Assembly (NCBI GenBank): GCA_907165135.1
Contig: OU015567.1
Span: 2,294,001 to 2,358,000 of the forward strand
Direction: 5' to 3'
Length of the DNA: 64,000 nt
Source: Oikopleura dioica
Lineage: Eukaryota > Animalia > Chordata
The translations under genes were made by a program, and so were the position numbers. The notes beneath the pieces are model-generated. The model saw only the letters and a list, made by a program, of their open reading frames with translations, did not search any database and had not been told where the DNA came from. Positions 11,135 through 22,863 of the stretch are shown here, piece after piece (position 1 is the first letter of the stretch; each line of letters begins with the position of its first letter).

Positions 11135-14100
11135 TCAAGAATCATTTCGTTTTTGCCCAAGCCTGATAGCACAAGAAAGGTAAATAAGCGCGATTATAAC
11201 ACCAATTACAGAAGCAGTAATCAAGCAACTCCAGAGAATGATCAAACTGTCATTTCCCTGATCGACGTAGCTTTCGATAATCATAAGTAACTCCGTGACG
11301 CGAGAGATTTCATTTGAATTATTAATGCCCACAACATTGTCGCCCTGAGTAAGGGTTAGCCCTATCGATAAAAGCGGTAGCTCTCTATGTCTCTCTGTAA
11401 CCCTGCCTTGATAGTTCGAGCTTCGGGACATCGGCCAAAGGTCATTTCGGATCGGATAAATCTAGCGGTGGCATCTTCGTGGTTCACGATTTCCATGGTG
11501 ATGTACTGTTGAACTCGACTGTAGTAGTCGTCGAATCCGATGTCAACGAGGAAGTTGTACTCGGTTTCGCCGCTTGGGTAGACTCGTTCTCTAGAATAAT
11601 TTTATGATAAATTTCTCATTCAAAATCTTTAGGAAATGCTTCGTCATACCTGTACCAGGGGAAGACGGTACCAGCCTTGAACTCAGTTCCGCTCAAAATC
11701 TCTCCGGTAATCGCAAAAGTGATAGAGGTAGCGGTTGAAATGGTCACGGACAAGCATCGCTCACCGTATTGCGAGTGGGGGATTGAAGTGACCTTGGCAG
11801 TACCACGTCCAGTGATAGAGCCGTCAGACTCGATGTTGAGGTCGTCGTCGTATTCTTGTTTCATCATGCATCGGTCGTACTCGCCGACCTCGGCCATGTC
11901 GCACTCAAGCCATGTTCCAGTGGCTTCGGAAATGCCGACAGTGAAGATCATCGAGTTATCGTATACGTAGTTCCAGTCCTGAAATCAACGATGAGAACAC
12001 CCCTTTTTCGACGATCTTACTCGGTAGAAGAGAAGTCCATGGCTGATGAACTTGCTGTATCCTCGGTTAGTTGAGCCATTCTCAGAAGGATTCTCCCAGC
12101 CGCCATGAGAGGGTACGGTCGTGATCATTCGTCGCTGAGTCAGTCGGTCCTTGCATGGTTTACCCTGCTCCAGAATTCCCATTGTGATTTGCTTTCCATG
12201 AGCTGGGAAGGCCAAGGAGCTAGAATTTTTGAATCTTGTATAATTCAGGTAACAGGGGGTTTCTAACCTGTCATAATCACCGGCAACCAAGTAAGCATAA
12301 ATGGAAAGATGTCCGTAGTTGGAGCTTGATGGCTTTGAGTTAGGGTAGACACTGATTTGCCAAGTGTAACCGTCCTTGTCGACGAAAGTAGGGGATCGTC
12401 GGGAGTTGCCAGCGTCGAAGAAGGACTGCCAATCGTCGATTTTCCAGGAGAACATCGCTTCATCAGAAGGACAATAGCCGGAGGTATCCATTTCGCTGGG
12501 AAAAGGGTTAGAAAAAAGAAGCGAAATGTACGATAGTGATATACCGAATATAAGATTGATAGTTAATCTTACACAACAGAAGTTTCAACAGCTGGTTCGT
12601 CCTGAACATGGGGGGCATGAGCTTTCATGCTCGCTTCAAATCGCGGGTTGACATTAAAACTGTTCGAACCACAAGTCAATCTTGAGTCGAGAACTGTATC
12701 GTCAAAGGTACTGACGAACTTGGCAGAAGTCAAGTCGGAAATGCAGAAATCAGATGTGTGGAGAATGAATCCTTCGTGCATTTTGGTATTAAGACCTGCG
12801 CTAGCTGAGATTTCCCAGCTCTCGCCGTTGAAAAAGATCGCATAGTCCTCGGAGGCGTGGAGATAGTAGGGTCGGTGGTGGACTTCTCCGGCGGCGAAAT
12901 AGTCGCCGTTGATTTCTGGGTAGCGAGAGTTGCGGTGCATCAAGGTGAGAGAGGGGCAGCATTTTACGCTATCAACGCATCTGCTGACGACACTTCCAGT
13001 TTCATACCAGTCACCACCACTGTATTCTCTCCATGTTTTCTCAATATTCTCCGGGCAAAAGGCGACGTCTGGTGCTTCAACACCTCTTGAGCTGCCTCCC
13101 TTAGTCGATCCAATGAACCACGAATAGCTGCCTCGTCGGTAGTAAAGCCAGTCGCCACGAGTCTCATGGCCGTATCCGTATCTATCACCGGAAAGAGATC
13201 CATTCGCGTCCTTGACGTAGACACCGTTTCTGCCGCTCTGGTAGGTCAAGCCTTTCATTTCGATTTTGTTGCACCCGCAATTGGCTAGGTCTAAGTCGGC
13301 ATCGGAGTAAGAGTAGAGGTTATTGAGCAAATCATTATCCGCCTTAGTGTAACTCGCTCGCTGGCCAATGAGATCTTGGTAGAAAGGATCTTTTGTGACA
13401 ATGGTTGGCTTGCTCTTGTCAATCGCAAATCCTCCCTGAGAGTAGTGCATCACGGACATGTATGGGTAAGGGATGCCGAAGGTGGTCCACTGGTCGTCGG
13501 ACACTTTTTCGAAGTTGTTGTACTTAGTTGGGTCGATGTTGTCCCACATGATTTCTACGTAGTCATCTCGATCTGGGCGGGACTAGAATTGGGAATGAAA
13601 ATAAGGCTTTACCATCATAATCAAGTGTTACCTGGGCGTGTTTGATTCCAAGAGCATGAGTGAATTCATGCATAATTGTAGCCATGGCAGAGCAACCATC
13701 GGCGAGGGAGAGACTTTGTCTTCCACCGATTCTTCCAACTGACGAAGAGCATCCTCCACCAAGATAGATTCTGATCCAATCATCAATTGTTTCATCCGCA
13801 GCGCGGAATGAAACCAGGGATTTGGCTTCCATCTCTCGAATCGCCTGGTGTAGGGAGCCGACGACATTCATCGCGACTTGGGGTTCGACTCCGATGGAAA
13901 TGAGCCGATTGGGCCATCGGTAGGAAAGATCGAGCTGGGCGTTGCGGTCTTTGTTGAGCGTACCGGGCTCATCTGTGATGATGTCTCCCTCGAAAAGATC
14001 CAGCCCGAGAAGCTCGTTGAGCTGGAACTCATCGAGATTTCCGTATTCGGCCTCGTTGAGGGTATCGTTGTTTTCATCTACAAGTGCGTACGCACTGGTG

Positions 14101-14167
14101 GCCAAAAGGCCGTTCAAGAGCTAAAAACTCATGTAAAATAAATATAAGATGGTATACTTACTTTCAT
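11135..14167 (-). CDS. Meprin-like astacin metalloprotease with MATH domain and C-terminal transmembrane anchor
   Basis: 6-nt first coding exon (ATG AAA), signal peptide, FEGDI pro-region, HEFTHALGIKH zinc motif, SVMHY Met-turn, MATH domain (FSWKIDDW...GYTWQISVYPN...HLSIY...RGYSKFI), hydrophobic TM (LIILWSCLITASVIGVIIALIYL); joined by short GT-AG introns. Confidence 0.9.
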
Positions 14168-14489
14168 GTTGAGAAGAAAACTCTGTGTGATTGAGAAAGA
14201 AGACCTATGAATTCTGACAATTTCGACAGATGCAAAAACTCCCGCATGAAAACCCGGATGTTTTTAAATATGTTTCTTCTCATCAAAATTCTTCAAAAAT
14301 ATGTAAATCGTAATCATTTAGGACTTGTCTTCGCCTGCCCTCTGTTTAGAAATTCTTATTTTATCATAATTATTATTGTCATCATTATTTTTTTTATAAA
14401 TAAAGTAAACGGCAAGTTTTTTTATGAATATTTATTGATTTTTGAAGTATTTTTACAAAACAGAGCTGCGAACAGAAATAAAAAACGAA

Positions 14490-15463
14490 TTAAGCACATG
14501 GTTTGTTTTCAACCCAAACTGGATCAGATCGGTCGCAAGTCCAAATGTTTCGTCGGTTTCCAGTTCGGTTTCCGCTTGTGCAAGTGGCAATGCACTTCTT
14601 GTTTCCATTGGCTTTGGTTCGGCATTCGACTTCAGAGCCTGCTTGGAAAACTGGCTGGGCATCGAGGTGGTCGCACTCGTTCTTGCATTTGAACTGGACG
14701 GTGGAGTATTTGGTGGTTCCTCGGCAGGGATCGCCGACCATTCCGTTGTTGAGTTTGATAGAGCAGGCTCGTTTGCCGTTGCATCGGTCGGACATGAAAT
14801 CAGTCGCATCTCGGTTGCAGCCTCCATCGGGAACGAGGTAGTGTTTGTGAGAAGAGCCGTTGGGGTTGCAAACGTCCTGCTCTTCTCGACCGTACCAGGC
14901 GTCAACGATTTCGAGGACCTTGCCGGCGTCGCAGCTGATTCGTCGGTCATTGTTTCCTTGGTGGGAGTGCTCGCAAGAGATGGATTCTTTGACTGCATCT
15001 TCGACTCCCTCAGAGGATTCGCATTTGTAGAGGACCTCGGTGAACTTGGTGGTTCCGACGCAGGGATCCTTGACTGAAAATTACCGTAAGCCATGTCTCT
15101 TATCAAAAAATCCGTATTCTTAATATTGGTGCTGGAAGAATTTCACTTACTTTCTCTGTTGTTGGCATTGTAGTTGCAAGATCGTTTGCCATCGCAATCA
15201 GCAGCAGCGTGCTCGGTCACATCCAAGGAGCATTCTGGCCAGTTTCCGTAGGCGTTGCCACCGTGACAGGTATCAGCGTCGTTTCGACCGTATGTTGCGC
15301 CCATGACCCTGATGACTTTGTTCTTGGGGCAGGAGGCGCCGCCTTCGTTGGTACCGGTGGTGGCGAGGTGGTTGTGCTCGCAGTTGATGAATGACTGAGT
15401 CATGAATCGCTCGACAGCTTGGTCAGCGGAAGCAGCGACGAGGAGGGAAGTAAAAAGCTTCAT
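14490..15463 (-). CDS. Secreted tandem SUEL/rhamnose-binding-type galactose lectin with C-terminal Cys-rich domain
   Basis: Signal MKLFTSLLVAASA; two domains with (A)xYGR and DPCxGTxK(F/Y) motifs (ATYGR..DPCVGTTKF; AWYGR..DPCRGTTKY); one intron. Confidence 0.9.
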
Positions 15464-15875
15464 TCTTTTTATTATATTTTTTATCGTTGTATTCACGATT
15501 AGATGAATAACCTCGGATTCGCGTTCTTTTTAAGGGAAAGAGGTCAACTTCGCGAACGCGAGGTGGTGCTGGGGATGTGGCCAGGAGATAACAAGCGCCC
15601 GGGCGATGAGGGCGCTAGTACTCTACTTTTCACGATTTTGCATTGTTGTGACCTCGTTAGCGCGGGCACTGGGTTAACCGCTGGAGCTCGTTTAAGCGGT
15701 TCGAAAATATGCGATTTAGGCTTTAAATTTTGTCTCAGATTTAGCTGTTCGTGGACAACTTTATTTTAAGTATTGCATCTATTCACGTACTAGAAGATAT
15801 CCGTAGAGCATGAAAAGTAAGTGTTAGAATAAATTGGAAATGAAACCGATCATGTATATGAGTAACATAATGTCA

Positions 15876-18800
15876 CTAACCGCCATCAGTTGTCGTTGAG
15901 GTCGTTGAGGAAATTGTCGTTGAGGCCGTTGATGTTTTTGTTGTTGATGGTGTTGTTGATGTTGGTGTCGAATAGCACCAATTCTGCCATGATTTCTTTT
16001 TACCAAAAATTTTTAAGGGATGATTGTTATTTTCTGTTACGCACTCATTTGTAGACGCTGTCCTAAATTGCTCCGTTAATGTTGTTCTTAATTACAAAAA
16101 AATAGTAACCATGATGCGCTTGTAGAAGTAAACAGAGTAATTCCATCATTTGGCTAAAGTTTGGCTTTATAGCGCACTTTCCAACTTCCGTATATCGTCG
16201 GAAAAATTGTCGAGTTTTCGTATGCATCATCTTCTTAAAAATTATTGTTAACCCAGGCCCATCCTTCAGGGCCTGCCTCGAATCGTTGATTTTGGGATTC
16301 GATCCATGTTCCATTTCGATTGCGTCGTATCAAGATTGAATAATTTCCTTCAAGGCAATAATAAGTACTTAAATTCAACTCTTTCCCTAAAAATTGGTAC
16401 TTCTAGCTCCCAAAATTTTTGGACATTATCATTTTCTGCAGGATCGTAAATATATGAGAGGTTAGAGCTGCTACAGTATTGATTCGACATTGCCCATTTG
16501 AAAGTGCTATCAATAATCGCTCCATATATAAACTGATTTCTATTACAGTTTCCTGAGCAAGATCGCTGGTAGATTGGATATGACTGGTGACAAGAAGTAA
16601 CATCAACACCGGTTTCATTATTATCAACTCAACGAATAAAAAATCCAGAGCCAAAGCCAGCTTCGTCATCGCCCTGATCGAGTCCGATAGTCAAAGTCCT
16701 CGGCCAATCTCCTTCCGGCAATTGATTGTAAATTCCAGTAAAATTGCTCTCATCCAAACAGTTATTTTCAGTGACCCACAGTTATCTGGATAGCAATCGT
16801 ATCCATTAGTTGTTGTCTTGTAATTCGGGGTTGGAGGATATTCCATTGTGTTCAAATTTTCTGGCTGAATTTCCCAAAAAAGGCTTCGATCGTGTGTTCT
16901 AGAGGAGGGATGATTGCCAGAAAGTCTTGTATAATTTGAGCTTAAAAATGAAAAAACTGAATTCCCTGTCCTGTAAAAACCATTAAAGCAAGGTCCGTAA
17001 ATTGAGGGAAAAGGCGAAGATGGATCCATATAAACTTCATCAGAAGTCATCTTGTCCTTCAAAAGCATCCACCTTCCAGTCTCGATTTGAAAGCTGAAGT
17101 ACCAGTCGCCCTCCTCTCCATGACGAACATAAGCGTCCGGTCCCGGTTCGAAGAATTGATTCTGCAAGTACTCTCGATACGGGACCTGATCATTGTACCG
17201 AGTCATCATTGGCCGCTCCACATCCCAAAAATTGTCAGGCTGATTATTGTATCCCCAGTAAGCGTATTGAACCTCATCTTCATATCCAAACGCGCAAAGC
17301 TTCGGACCAAACGCCGAATTTTGTAACTCATCATCGTCTTACACCGGATAGATAAAATTGCGATCATTGAAAATGCTCTCGTAGCTTGGTATTCCTAGGA
17401 CGTGAGAATCCCAGCAAAATTCAGGATTACCCCAGTCCACTGTTGAGTGATATTTGGCGACAAAGGTTTGGAACCTAAAGCCTGAATGAGCATAACCGTC
17501 GTATGTAGAAATTGTAAGCGTTTTCGGGTATGTTCCGTTTTGGTGAGGAATTTTATGATATTCTCCAGTCCAATCGTAGGCGTCATAGTCGCCATTGCTT
17601 GAAATATGGATACTGTCATAGTTGCAGGTATGCAGCGGCATCGTTATGTTATCCCAAGAATCATAAAATGTAGTTGTTGTGGTCGTTGTCGTGGTTGTTG
17701 TTGACGTCGTTGTTGTTTGAGGACTGAAGTCTTGGTAGTAGAAATTTTTAAGCTGGTATTTTGCTGCATCATGAAACGGATTCGACACATAAACTTTCAG
17801 CGGGCCAGAGGTATACGCTTGCTGGATACGAGCCCACTGCTTTTTGAATTCCATCAATTGTTACTTCATAATGTAGAGTTTCATTAACTGGCGTGACTTC
17901 AAGAACATATGTGCTCCATTGTCCTTCAGTGCACATATGATTAATGTCTTTTGCATGCCAACCAGGGTTGCTTGGATCATCGATGTTGATAAGAAATGTA
18001 TTTCTGTTAAAGGGTTGAAAAAAAAACTGAGTTAAAAAAAGTCTCGTTAATCTCTTTGATTTGCCCACCCTAGCCTGTGTGGATGTCGGAGCATGGCAAA
18101 AGTCCTATCACCCGGTTTTCCCCAGTTGCCGCCAGGTGTGACGTGAAAAATATTCACATAGTCGGCAAGAGGAACATCCATTGTATGATTACAAAATGAT
18201 TCGGCTTCATTATATCCAAAAGCTTCATTTTATCCAAAGCTTCATTGTATCCAAATACTTCATTTGATCCAAAATTTTTTTTGGATAAAATGAAGCAATT
18301 GGGTCAAATGATGCTTTTGGATATAATGAAGCCCGATTTCCAAAAACTTCAGAAATTGGATAAAATGAAGCCTTTGTATAAAATGAAGTCATTGGATAGG
18401 ATGAAGCCACTGTTTTTCGAATCAAAAAAGTGGATAAAATGAATCAAATGGATAAAATGAAGCCGTGTTTTTCAAAGAGTAAATAACAAAGCTCGACTGG
18501 TCTTTGCTTTGAAATACTTCTCGACCCCCCTCTCAGAAATTTTTTCGAAAATTTTTCTTTGTAAATTCTTTTGAGATTCATTTTGAACAATAATAATGAA
18601 TCATCCATCATGAGTTCATTATTAAGAATTTACCAAGAGGCGTCGGCCGCCCTTTTTAAAGCTCGGGTCGGGTCACTTTAAAATGGCTAGAATTATGGTC
18701 GGGTCGGGTCTTGTGGAGTCGGCCATTTTTGTAAGAAGGATATTTATAAGTAGGATATAAAATCCTACATTTTGCTTGTTCAAAAACCCACGAACCTAGT

Positions 18801-19853
18801 CATCAACCCTTTTTCTTTACTGCCCCAAAATTTTTACTATTTAAAAACTCACCAGCCTAGTCATCACGAACCGAGTCATCAACCCATTTTCCTTACTGCC
18901 CCAAAATATAGCCCGATTTCAATACTCTGGCAGAACCCACCACGAACCTAGTCACACGAACCTAGTCCTCACAAACTTAGTCGTCATTCCCCGAAAGTGG
19001 TCAACTTCATGTTAGAATCGACACTGTAAATAATTTTCCCAGGTCGGGGTCGGTTGGTTTATGTTCGCTTGGTCGGTTTGAGATTGTTTATCACGAAAAT
19101 TCAAAAAATTTGCTGCAAAAATAATTTTTAATCATGGGGTGTTTCTTTGAAAAAGCCATTTATTTGATCGGTCTCTGAGACAGTTTATCGAAATTCATAT
19201 TCTCAGAAATAATGCTTCCGAAGCTTCATTTCATCCAAATAAGCACATGAGAAAAAAATTGTCTTCATTTTATCCAGAGGCTTCATTTTATCCGAGGCAT
19301 CATTCTATCCAAAGCATCATTTTATCCAAAAGCTTCATCTTATACAAAGCTTCATTTAATCCAATGACTTCATTTTATCCAATTTCCGAATTTTTTGAAA
19401 ATTGGGCTTCATTTTATCCAAAAGCATCATTTGATCCAATTGCTTCATTATATCCAAAAAAATATTTGGATCAAATGAAGTATTTGGATACAATGAAGCT
19501 TTGGATAAAATGAAGCTTCTGGATATAATGAAGCCAAATCCACCCGGTTTTCCCCAGTTGCCGCCAGGTGTGACGTGAAAAATATTCACATAGTCGGCAA
19601 GAGGAACATCCATTGTATGATTACAAAATACGTCGATTGAAAATTTATAATGCGGAGATGCATTAATAGTCTTCAAATGCCGATTTGGAATCGGATATGA
19701 CGGAAACTTGTTGAGAAACATCGTACATGATTCTAGCTCTAGATAAGTACATGGGTCTGCAAAACTGCCTGCAAAACGTTCATTATTTTCTGAAACTCTT
19801 TCGCCGAGCACAAGTTGAAAAATAAGCCACAAAAATGATCGAAAAAAGGACAT
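15876..19853 (-). CDS. Secreted multidomain protein with a ConA/LamG-like domain and Thr-rich mucin tracts; disrupted by an insertion and a frameshift
   Basis: Signal MSFFRSFLWLIFQLVLG; NIFHVTPGGNWGKPGDR...LKVYVSNPF domain; poly-Thr at about 17670-17720 and 15880-15970; insertion at 18198-19540 and a frameshift near 17815-17850. The 3' exons are approximate. Confidence 0.6.
18109..18197. repeat. 89-bp perfect direct repeat, copy 1 (coding exon sequence)
   Basis: Identical to 19541-19629; abuts the left TIR of the element. Confidence 0.95.
18198..19540. mobile_element. Non-autonomous TIR element (1343 bp) with ~210-bp TIRs built from ~18-bp TTCATTTTATCCAAA-type modules
   Basis: Termini GATTCGGCTTCATTATATCC and GGATATAATGAAGCCAAATC (1 mismatch); inverted similarity extends about 210 bp; internal CACGAACCTAGTC repeats; no transposase. 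Confidence 0.8.
19541..19629. repeat. 89-bp perfect direct repeat, copy 2
   Basis: Identical to 18109-18197; abuts the right TIR. Confidence 0.95.
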
Positions 19854-21504
19854 TTTTCGAAATAAAAAATGCGAATTTCTTAATCGAGCCGCGTTTGATA
19901 ATTTGGAGAGCAAAAATGTCCAAGAATAATTCGATGAGAGAATCAAAAATTCTGATTTTAAGAGAGCAATTAATTTTATATTTCAAAAATCATCGCTCAA
20001 ATGTTTAAAATTACCGAAAAAGTGACCAATTATCAAAAAACTAAAACGGTGTCTCTTAAAAAATGAATGTTTTAAGCCAAAATACGCTAACGGACTTTAT
20101 AAGTTTAGAAAATATTGGCTTGGATAAGGCTTAAAATATTGTATAAGAGAGCCTGCACTCCCAATATACTTTCGTCCACGTCATTTTATCAAATACAAGT
20201 GTCAGAAAATACCTGATAAAGGCGACGCCACACCTCTATCTTGGTCATTCTTGACAGATAGAGGATACTGAAATATTTTAGATAAAAAATATCTGTCGAA
20301 AATGCCTAAAATTGACGGAATAGAGGTTTGGTTTTATCATTTTTAAATCATGTATTGAAAAAAATGTTCATAAGAAATGACTTTTTTCCGAAAATAAGAC
20401 GTAACGAACTCATATGAGTTTACGTTTATTGCTTTCAAGTAGCTTTTGAAAGCACTATTCAGCACTTGCTGCATTTTCCAAGAAAAACCCTTCGTTGCTT
20501 TGAGCCTCGAATTACGCCAAGAGGTCGGTTCTCGAGGTCCAAAGCGCTTGTTTTTGCATATCCTGGCATTTTGAACCCAGCATCACGTGTCTAGTAGGAT
20601 CCATAGTTTGACTCTCTAACGAGCCTGTTATTATACAACTAACGCGAGTGCCGTTCGTAAACTATCCGGTGTAACGATATCAACCATTTTCTAATCATAT
20701 TTTTAGTTCAACTTCATTATTATTCAATAAATGTTTAAGAGCCAGAGAAGGCTTTTAGATAAACTGGAGACGAATCACTCAACAACTTACCAAGTTGTTT
20801 TTATCGGAAGTTATGCTTCAACCGCAGTCCAAAAATAGATTCTGCCCCGGTCATCGGAAGCACTTTCGAAAACCGGAAAGGGTTACGAAACGGAGGAAGA
20901 TATCGTTGATTCCATTATAGTCGATATTTAAGGCGATAGCGCCCTTTATTCTTAACAGAAAATATAAGTAATTTATGCACGAAAGTATCTTCCAGCTCAA
21001 CGCGAACACGTGACGGTTAATTTTTGAGCTCTCAACTATAAGTATCCGAAATACCGCTTGCAATTTTTGTAAGTACACCAAAACAACCCTCCGGACGTAC
21101 CCGTTTAGTGCCCTGAAAAGGTTATGTCAGCGAAAATAAATTCAAATTGAAGAAAGAAGCCATCTTTTAATAGCTTTTGTAAAACGAATGGCAACGCCTT
21201 TAAAAGTTTAGTATCAAAATAACGCGACTCCAGATTCTCGTAAGAAGCACGTTTTCTAAATATAATAAGATTAACTAAAGCAACTCAAAGCTGATAATGT
21301 CCAAAACAAACAGTTGGTTAAACCACGGATTCTTATGGTTTTAGTAACGTTCCAGCATCATGTTAAAATTCAACGCTGGAAATAACTCAAATGTTGAGGA
21401 TTGAATTTGACCACAATAATTTGCCGCTGCTGACTATCTTTGAGAAGAGAAAGAAAGCAAAAATTATTTCAATTATAAAATTTTTATTTCAGTATTGTTT
21501 TTCC

Positions 21505-21764
21505 TCAATATTTGTTGGCTGCTTTTGCCAAGATAGCTTCAAGAGGAAAGAGTCGTTTGGAAGGTGCAGGTTTGGCAGCAGCAGCTTGAGCAACAAGAGC
21601 GCCGATGTAATCTCGGAAGTCCTCGTCAGCTTCTCTGTCTGCAAGACCACTCGATCTCATCTTTAAAAAAATTGAAAATGAAATTTAAAAAAAAATATTA
21701 CCTGCATGGTTCCAAAATGTGCGGAAACAGCGACGAAGCAGCTCAAAAATTTCAAAAATTGCAT
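21505..21764 (-). CDS. 72-aa secreted peptide precursor (prohormone-like), 2 exons
   Basis: Exons 21764-21702 and 21660-21505 joined by a 41-nt GT-AG intron give MQFLKFLSCFVAVSAHFGTMQMRSSGLADREADEDFRDYIGALVAQAAAAKPAPSKRLFPLEAILAKAANKY*; TATA box upstream and AATAAA just downstream. Confidence 0.75.
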
Positions 21765-21831
21765 ATTATAATTTTTTTCCTTTTCTTATTTATGCGAATC
21801 AAATGATGATTCCAGCCTGTGCTTTCCTCAC

Positions 21832-21838
21832 TTTTATA
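21832..21838 (-). promoter_or_regulatory. TATA box of the peptide precursor gene
   Basis: GCTATAAAAG on the minus strand about 70 nt upstream of ATG 21764. Confidence 0.6.
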
Positions 21839-22333
21839 GCTTTTCCACGCGCCTGGGGGCGTACAAGAGGAGGAGCCGCCGAGGAGGTACGTTTTTGCAA
21901 CCGCGGAGATGTATTATTCACCGATCATTGGTAGATTGAATTTGTAAGAGCTGTCTCTCGTCCATCAATCCCTATTTTATTTGTTAAAAATTTAAATATG
22001 GGCGGAGATATGGCAATATCATGTAATGAAATACTGTCGGCTGCTGTGAGACAGTAATTTCTCCCCTGTGGTCTTAAAAAACAGACCGCTACAGTGTTCT
22101 TACGGGAAGGAGACCGTCTTGAGGTGAGAGAATTGATAGAAAAGGTACATCTTAACCCGTTTTATTATTATTCTTATTCTTTCGACAATCAAATTCAGGG
22201 TTCAGCCGATTTATGGAACTGATGTTATGGATCAGGGTTTTGATTGGCCGGTAGGCTTAATACATCAATCTTATTGATTATCCAAAAATGCACTTCATAA
22301 ATTGGTAAAATGGTAACTTTCATAAAGGCTTAA

Positions 22334-22859
22334 CCTTAGCCCGCCAAAAGTGGATTTTCTGGGGTACCCGCCAAGAACACCATATATGGTGCATCCTCTA
22401 TTAAATCTCTGCACCATATTTGGTTTATCATGATTTTATTAAAAATCTTTGCTGGAAAATAATTTTTTAATCAATATTGGTGTTCCAATCATGATACCAA
22501 AGTTCATTTAATCGAAAATTCTCTCAGAGAAGTTCATAAATTGAGGATCAGAGAAGCTGACCAAGGTAAACTTTCGTCAAAATCGCTGGGAAAAAGCTGG
22601 GGTACCCGCCAAAAACACCATATATGGTGTAGCAACAATTGTAGCTCGACACCATATATGGTGCATGGGCTTTTCGCAAAAATAAGGGTCTACCAACGCT
22701 AAGGTCTATCAGAAACAGGCCCAAAATCCCTTAAACGATAGATAATCGATCAAGCATCCTCAGCGTATCCTTAGTTTTCGAAAAAAAAAATCAACGTCCA
22801 GCGCAGTGAACAAATACTTGACCGATTCCCGAGTTGTGGTGTACCTTGGCGGGCTAAGG
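22334..22859. mobile_element. piggyBac-like MITE (526 bp)
   Basis: TTAA|CCTTAGCCCGCCAA ... TTGGCGGGCTAAGG|TTAA: 14-bp TIR with TTAA TSD; internal repeated palindrome CACCATATATGGTG x3. Confidence 0.8.
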
Positions 22860-22863
22860 TTAA

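Noticed and set aside
14207-15394. Long plus-strand and alternative-frame ORFs over the lectin gene (also similar ORFs over the astacin, SARAF and TSP1 genes)
   Set aside because: Antisense or off-frame shadows of well-supported genes.
18225-19513. ORFs with repeated YPKASF / DKMK units
   Set aside because: They are translations of the 18-bp TIR modules.
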